Positions 58,736 to 64,000 of a DNA stretch of 64,000 nt are shown here, in pieces. Made by a program: the position numbers and the translations under genes. The DNA is from an uncultured Methylomirabilota bacterium (GTDB lineage Bacteria; Methylomirabilota; Methylomirabilia; Methylomirabilales; 2-02-FULL-66-22): NCBI GenBank assembly GCA_963705305.1, contig OY970067.1:5312001-5376000 (forward strand), in the 5' to 3' direction. Under the pieces are notes generated by a model. The model searched no databases. It was not told the origin of the DNA and worked only from the letters and a program-made list of their open reading frames with translations. How positions within the stretch are numbered: the stretch's first letter is position 1; each line of letters opens with the position of its first letter.

Positions 58736-59386
58736 CTAGGCTGCCGCCCGGGCCCCGGCGCCCCCACCCACGGCCCGCTCTCCACCCCACAACGGGCCGC
58801 CCACTGGGAGCAGAGTGCGCTGCGCCATGCCGTTCAGCAGCGCGGCTGCTGAAGTATACCAGGCCACCAGCGCGGTGAGGATGCCGATCCACCCACCCAG
58901 CGCCACCAGCCCCGTCCCGGCTGCATCACCCCGGAAATTGCCGATGAAGAGCAGGATCTCCGTGATCTCCAAGGTCAGGAAGACCAGGAAGACGGCCATG
59001 TTGGTTCGAGTGCTCCACATCAGCATGTACGTGTTGAAGATGGCGAAGGCAAGGAGGATCCATCCCAGCGAGATCGCCACTTCCTCCGGCTTGACCTTCC
59101 CCATCAGAACCAGCGTGACAAAGGCGGCCAACCCCATCCAGAAGGCCCCGTAGGTGGTGAACGCCGTCGCGCCAAAGGCGTTGCGGTTCCTGAACTCCCA
59201 CATCCCGGCCATGAACTGCCCCAGGCCGCCGTAGAAGATGGCGAACCCGAAGAAAGCCAGGAGCGGCGCCACAGAGCCCCCCATCGCGTTGTGCGCGCTC
59301 AGGATGAACGTCGTCAGAGCAAAGGCCCCAAGGCCGAGGGGCCCCGGATCCGCCACCGGTGATACGATCTTGGTCTCTTCCGCCAT
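58736..59386 (-). CDS. satP: Acetate uptake transporter, GPR1/FUN34/YaaH (SatP) family
   Basis: ADPGPLGLGAFALTT, FYGGLGQFMAG, NAFGATAFTTYGAFW, AWY; six TM segments. Confidence 0.92.
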   Translation of the reverse strand: MAEETKIVSPVADPGPLGLGAFALTTFILSAHNAMGGSVAPLLAFFGFAIFYGGLGQFMAGMWEFRNRNAFGATAFTTYGAFWMGLAAFVTLVLMGKVKPEEVAISLGWILLAFAIFNTYMLMWSTRTNMAVFLVFLTLEITEILLFIGNFRGDAAGTGLVALGGWIGILTALVAWYTSAAALLNGMAQRTLLPVGGPLWGGERAVGGGAGARAAA

Positions 59387-60217
59387 GGTTCTCCCCTCCC
59401 TCGTTCCCTCCGAGCCATGGATTCCATCACTCGACCAGACCCGCCCGTCTCACCTCCCCTCCCACGAGGGTCTCTCAGGACACGGATCCCCTCACCCGCG
59501 CGCCGCTGGCGGAGGGAGAATCGCACACGGTACGTGCCGCATTGCCCTTTCCGTGTCACTTGTCAGTGTGGGGACATCCAAAGACATTAACATCGGCGAG
59601 TCAAGGCGAAAATCTCTGGGAGGGAGGCCGCTGGGAATTGGAGCAAACGGCACATAGACCTCAAAGAGGATTGCGGGAGGGGACGTTGGTACCAAACAAC
59701 GTCGGGTGACCGTTCGCGAGCCTCCGGGGCAGGCGCGGCCCAGCCCGCGTGATCGCAGGCGGAGATGGCCGCGCGGGCAGGCGATGAAGGCTGGAAGGCC
59801 CCCGCTGTGCAACGATCACCGAGCTTCACCGAACTCCTTTATGGCAGTCCACGTCAACGGATGCTCGAAGCCGACGAACACGGGCGTCATCGTACAATCC
59901 GGCTTGCCTGCTTCCTTCTCGGCAATCCCGGCCGCGCTGGAGGTTGCGCTGCCAGATTCTGCAGCGTCTTTCCCTGTTCGGGAGTCGACACCGTGTTCAC
60001 TGCAGTCAGAATTCCATCGCTCATCAACGTCGCCCCGAACGTGCACGCCTCCAGGAGCCCGTGCTTGTAGTAGAGCCGATAGGGATGCTCGGCGTCGGCG
60101 ACGGAGATGAGTTTTCGGGTCAGGACCGGGCCGCAGTTCGCGGAGAGCGTGGTCGGCCCATTCGGCTGGGTCGGATTCACCGGCGCATTCATCTGTGTGA
60201 GTCTATCGACCTTCGTA

Positions 60218-60424
60218 TCATCTTCGTCCCTCCTTGGAGTCGCAGGGGTCCGCGGCATCCCGAGCGGGCTTTCCTATCCACCGATCGATCGCGATATACC
60301 CCACTGTCATCGCCATCACGAGCAGGGCCCCAAGAATCATGGGCGGGGCCGGCGACGGGATCCCGAAGGCGCGGCAGCCAAAGCCCAGGGCGAACGCAAG
60401 CACGAGACCAATTGCCGCCCTCAT
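60218..60424 (-). CDS. XapX/DUF1427-like small membrane protein
   Basis: MRAAIGLVLAFALGFGCRAFGIPSPAPPMILGALLVMAMTVGY (68 aa); ATGA-coupled to its paralogue. Confidence 0.78.
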   Translation of the reverse strand: MRAAIGLVLAFALGFGCRAFGIPSPAPPMILGALLVMAMTVGYIAIDRWIGKPARDAADPCDSKEGRR

Positions 60425-60612
60425 GGCGCCATCAGACGCAAGAGCGTCTGCCCCAGCGGCAGGAGGCGGTCGGCAAGGACGAACCCCAGCGTCATTGCGA
60501 GCAAGAGGCACGCTCCAATGAACCGCGGTGGAGCCGGAGACGGGATGTCGAAGAATCGGCACCCCGCGCCGACAGCAAGACCGAGAACGAGACCGACGAC
60601 GCCCGCAACCAT
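60421..60612 (-). CDS. XapX/DUF1427-like small membrane protein
   Basis: MVAGVVGLVLGLAVGAGCRFFDIPSPAPPRFIGACLLLAMTLGF (63 aa); AAGGAGG RBS. Confidence 0.78.
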   Translation of the reverse strand: MVAGVVGLVLGLAVGAGCRFFDIPSPAPPRFIGACLLLAMTLGFVLADRLLPLGQTLLRLMAP

Positions 60613-61024
60613 GTTTGTCCCCTCCTTCCTCGGGTTGATCATGCGGGCCCAGTGGGAGCAGATTGGGATGTCCCCCTGCCTCCCGCCCGGACGAATTGGA
60701 TCGTCCGACAGCCGCGGTAGCATAGCAGGAGGCAGGCTCTGGTTCCAGCGCATCCGGGTGACGACGAATCACACTGCACACACAGGGCAGCGGAAGGTGC
60801 GATGGCCCACCCATCCCCCGCCCTGAGTCTTGACTCCCCCTTGGCGAAGAGTCCGCTCCCGCCCAGCCTGGCGCGCGTCAGCGCAGGTCTCGACTCCATC
60901 GATTCACGACCGGTCATGATACCCCGTGTTCCAAAGCGAGCCGGGCGCCCGACCGCGTGCCAATTCTTCATTGGCCTGCCTCCGCCCCCATTTTTTGCAT
61001 GGGGCGGAAGAGTGCGGCCCCGCA

Positions 61025-61053
61025 TTGACAGCCTCCGTCCAGCCGCGTACACT
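61025..61053 (+). promoter_or_regulatory. Sigma70-type promoter for the kinase gene
   Basis: TTGACA-17 nt-TACACT, ~75 bp upstream of the GTG start. Confidence 0.65.
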
Positions 61054-61126
61054 CCAGCCCATTGCGCGACCTAGGATCCCGACAACACGGCGCGCACAGG
61101 GTGCGCGCCGGACGGAGCTTTGCCCC

Positions 61127-64000
61127 GTGCCATCACCGACCAAGGACCAGCTGCTGGCAGAACGGGCTTTTCTGCGCGACCGGATCGCCGCGCTGGAGGC
61201 GCAGATCGGCGCCCACCAGCAGGCGCGCGAGGTGGCCGCGGCCCTCTCCCAGGTCGGCAAAGAGATTGCCGAGAGCCTGGATGTCTCCCAGGTCACCGAT
61301 CGGATCGTCACCGCCGTCTTGCAGCTGCTGCGAGGGCAGCGGGCAGCCCTGTTTCAGCTGGAATCCCCCGAGGGGGCCCTGATCTGCGTCGCCACTGCCG
61401 GCCCGGGCGATCGGGACAAGTGGCTGGGCAGGCGGCTGGCCCCCGGCGAGGGGATCGCGGGATGGGCCGTCTTGGACGGCCACGCCGTCTGGGCGACCAA
61501 TCTGCTCACCGACCCACGCCTCACCCTTCCGGAATTCTCGCGCGAGCGGATCCGCGAAGAGGGGTTCCGCGCCTCCGTGGGCGTGCCCCTGATCGCCCGG
61601 GGCGCGGTGATCGGCGCCCTGGTCCTGAACGACGCCGGCGGACGGCACTTCTCCGAGGATGACCTCGAGATCCTGACCTTCTTTGCCGACCAGGCGGCCG
61701 TGGCCCTGGAGAATGCCCGGCTGTACGAAGAGGAGCGGGGCCGCCGCGAGCACATCGAGGCGGTCCGGGCCGTCGGCAGGGAGTTGATCCGGGAGCTGGA
61801 TCTCTCCACCCTCTTGAAGCTCATCGTGCGCCGGGCCGCGGAGCTGGTCAGCGTCAAAAGCGGCGTGCTCTGGCTCTGGGACGAGACGGCCCGCACGCTC
61901 GTCCCGCGCTCCTGGCACGGTCTCGGCGACTGGATCGCCGAGGGGCGCCTCGGCCTCGGCGAAGGGGCGGCCGGGGTCGCGGCCGCGACGCGCGAGGGCC
62001 TCATCCTGGATGAATACCGCACCTCACCGCTGGCCCACCCCCTGATCCTGGAACATACCGACATCACCGCCGTCCTCAGCGAGCCGCTCATCTATCACAA
62101 CCGCCTGCTGGGCGTCCTGAGCCTCGACAACGCGGGCACGGGGCGCACCTTCGGCGAGCGGGATCGACAAAGCCTGCAGCTCCTGGCCGCCCATGCCGCC
62201 ATCGCCCTCGAGAACGCACGGCTCTACGAGGAGGTCCAGCGAGAGCTGGTGGAGCGCACGCGCGCGGAAGTGGCCCTGATTCGCCGCACGCAGCAGCTGG
62301 AGGCCGTGCGGGAGGTCACGGCCGAGATCACCCGCGAGCTGGACCTGACTGCGCTCCTGGGGGTGATCATTCGGGGGGCCATGGGGTTGGTGGGCGCCGT
62401 CTCCGGGGCCGTTTACCTGTGGGACGAGACCGCTCAGGTCCTGGTCCCGCAGGCCTGGCATGGCTACGGGGACTGGATGCGGTCGGTGCGCGTGCATCTC
62501 GATGAAGGGGTCGTCGGAACAGTGGCCCGTCGCCGGACGGGATTGCGTGTGGATGATTACCGCAGCTCCCCGTTCGCCCTCCCGGTCATTCTCCAGCACA
62601 CCACCGTGACCATGGCGCTGGGCCAGCCGTTGCTCTACCAGGACCGACTGCTCGGCGTCATCGTCATCAACAGCGACGAATCGCGCCAGGTCTTCGCGGC
62701 CGAAGATGAAGAGACGCTGGCCCTCTTCGCCGCGCAGGCGGCCGTCGCCATCGAGAACGCCCGGCTCTACACGGCGGTCCAACACGAGCTCCGCGAGCGC
62801 CGGCGCGCGGAGGAGACGCTGGTCGTTCGCACGCGGCAGCTCGAGGCGGTGCGCGCGGTCACGGCCGAGATCACCCAGGAGTTGGACCTCGATGCCCTCC
62901 TCGCCCTCATCCACCGACGAGCCGTGGAGCTGCTGGACGGCCGCGGAGGAATCGTCTACTTGTGGGAGGAAGCTGCCCAGCGACTGGTGCCGAAAGCCTG
63001 GCATGGCGTCCCCGACGCCATCGGCGGGCAGTCCCACCGGATCGGCGAGGGGGTGGCGGGAAGGGTGGCGGATCTCCGCTCCGGGCTGATCGTGAACGGG
63101 TACCGGACCTCGCCGTACGCCTTCCCGTCTGTCCTGGAGCAGACCGCCATCACGGCCGTCCTGGCCGAGCCCCTGCTCTACGGCGATCGCCTGCTGGGGG
63201 TCATCGGAGTTGACGACGGCGGGACCAATCGGGTGTTCACGAACCAAGACCGGGAGACGCTGGCACTTTTCGCGGCGCAGGCGGCCGTCGCCATCGAGAA
63301 CGCCCGGCTCTTCGTGGAGGCCAGGCGCAGGCAGGAAGAGCTGACGGCGCTTCTCCGCGCCTCCCGTTCGGTGATGGCGGAGCTGGATCTGCAGCGGATC
63401 CTGGAGCGGATCGTCGCGGAGGCGGCCCAGATCTCCGGCTGCTCGCACGTGAAGATCCTGCTGGTGGATCGGGCCGCGGGCGTTCTCCGGGTGGGGGCTC
63501 TGCAGGGGACGGCCATGGCCGACTCCGACCGGCTGCCGCTGGGCGTCGGGCACTCGGGCATCGTGGCCCAGACCGGCGAGCCGCTCTTCGTCGCCGACGC
63601 GCCCAGCGATCCCCGCAATGTCTATGCCCAACGGGACCGCGAATTGGGGCTCACCACCTTTCTCGGCATCCCCGTCAAGAGCCGGGGCGCAGTCCTGGGG
63701 GTTCTGAGCTTCAACACCACCGTCCCCCACCTGTACACACCCGACGAGCTGGCGTATCTCACGTCGTTCGCCGACCAGGCGGCCATCGCGATCGAGAACG
63801 CCCGCCTCTTCGCCGAGCTGAACCAGTCCTACCGCGACCTGCAGCAGGCCCAGGACGAATTGATCCGGTCGGAGAAGCTCCGCGCCCTGGGACAGATGGC
63901 GGCCGGCATCGCCCACGATCTGAACAACATGCTAGCGGCGGTCCTCGGCCAGGTGGAGCTGCTTCGGCTGCGCGCGCCGGACCGGGTGACGCGAGAGGCG
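61127..64000 (+). CDS. Cytoplasmic sensor histidine kinase with five tandem GAF domains (3' end runs off the window)
   Basis: Manual translation from GTG 61127 (GGAG RBS): N-terminal coiled coil (TKDQLLAE...RIAALE), five repeats ending A(V/I)A(L/I)ENARL(Y/F), then H-box SEKLRALGQMAAGIAHDLNN. Absent from the ORF track because it has no stop. Confidence 0.92.
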   Translation, partial: MPSPTKDQLLAERAFLRDRIAALEAQIGAHQQAREVAAALSQVGKEIAESLDVSQVTDRIVTAVLQLLRGQRAALFQLESPEGALICVATAGPGDRDKWLGRRLAPGEGIAGWAVLDGHAVWATNLLTDPRLTLPEFSRERIREEGFRASVGVPLIARGAVIGALVLNDAGGRHFSEDDLEILTFFADQAAVALENARLYEEERGRREHIEAVRAVGRELIRELDLSTLLKLIVRRAAELVSVKSGVLWLWDETARTLVPRSWHGLGDWIAEGRLGLGEGAAGVAAATREGLILDEYRTSPLAHPLILEHTDITAVLSEPLIYHNRLLGVLSLDNAGTGRTFGERDRQSLQLLAAHAAIALENARLYEEVQRELVERTRAEVALIRRTQQLEAVREVTAEITRELDLTALLGVIIRGAMGLVGAVSGAVYLWDETAQVLVPQAWHGYGDWMRSVRVHLDEGVVGTVARRRTGLRVDDYRSSPFALPVILQHTTVTMALGQPLLYQDRLLGVIVINSDESRQVFAAEDEETLALFAAQAAVAIENARLYTAVQHELRERRRAEETLVVRTRQLEAVRAVTAEITQELDLDALLALIHRRAVELLDGRGGIVYLWEEAAQRLVPKAWHGVPDAIGGQSHRIGEGVAGRVADLRSGLIVNGYRTSPYAFPSVLEQTAITAVLAEPLLYGDRLLGVIGVDDGGTNRVFTNQDRETLALFAAQAAVAIENARLFVEARRRQEELTALLRASRSVMAELDLQRILERIVAEAAQISGCSHVKILLVDRAAGVLRVGALQGTAMADSDRLPLGVGHSGIVAQTGEPLFVADAPSDPRNVYAQRDRELGLTTFLGIPVKSRGAVLGVLSFNTTVPHLYTPDELAYLTSFADQAAIAIENARLFAELNQSYRDLQQAQDELIRSEKLRALGQMAAGIAHDLNNMLAAVLGQVELLRLRAPDRVTREA

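Noticed and set aside
59887..60192. FGATLMSDGILTAVNTVS resembles the Kup K+ transporter motif GDGxxTPAISV
   Set aside because: Short and imperfect, with no flanking TM helices.
1..64000. CRISPR arrays, rRNA, intact tRNA, transposase/integrase, selenocysteine or pyrrolysine read-through
   Set aside because: No regularly spaced repeat-spacer array and no full cloverleaf or rRNA signatures. No recombinase motifs were seen, and the broken genes are frameshifts rather than in-frame TGA/TAG.

Overview
GC-rich bacterial window with about 50 supportable CDS. I found no rRNA, intact tRNA, CRISPR array or transposase. Left part (1-22.7 kb, all minus strand): a secreted alpha/beta hydrolase, a HEAT-repeat protein, and a large uptake/catabolism region. 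That region holds an uncharacterised 4Fe-4S protein with a Cys-rich partner, a cyclase-family hydrolase, a TRAP transporter, GntR, SDR, cupin, and two complete LIV-type ABC systems flanking a divergent type II dehydroquinase. Middle part (23-35 kb): DegP/Q protease, phosphoketolase, PrsW, USP, glucan phosphorylase (5' frameshift), small Cys-rich ORFs and an orphan NMT1/THI5 binding protein. A degenerate tRNA-fMet-like 3' end at 35.7 kb borders a ~12.5 kb module. The module has an amino-sugar/GT2/GT-C operon and two Pro-rich exported proteins, divergent from a MacAB-TolC-type exporter. Right part: a frameshifted isochorismatase-family gene, the Mut7-C/fmt/rsmB/PASTA/rpe cluster, acs plus satP, a XapX-like pair, and a five-GAF histidine kinase running off the end. 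Notable non-obvious signals are a two-copy hairpin repeat abutting stop codons, three single-base frameshifts (two in G/C homopolymers), and several gene remnants. All functional calls are motif-based; no database searches were run.
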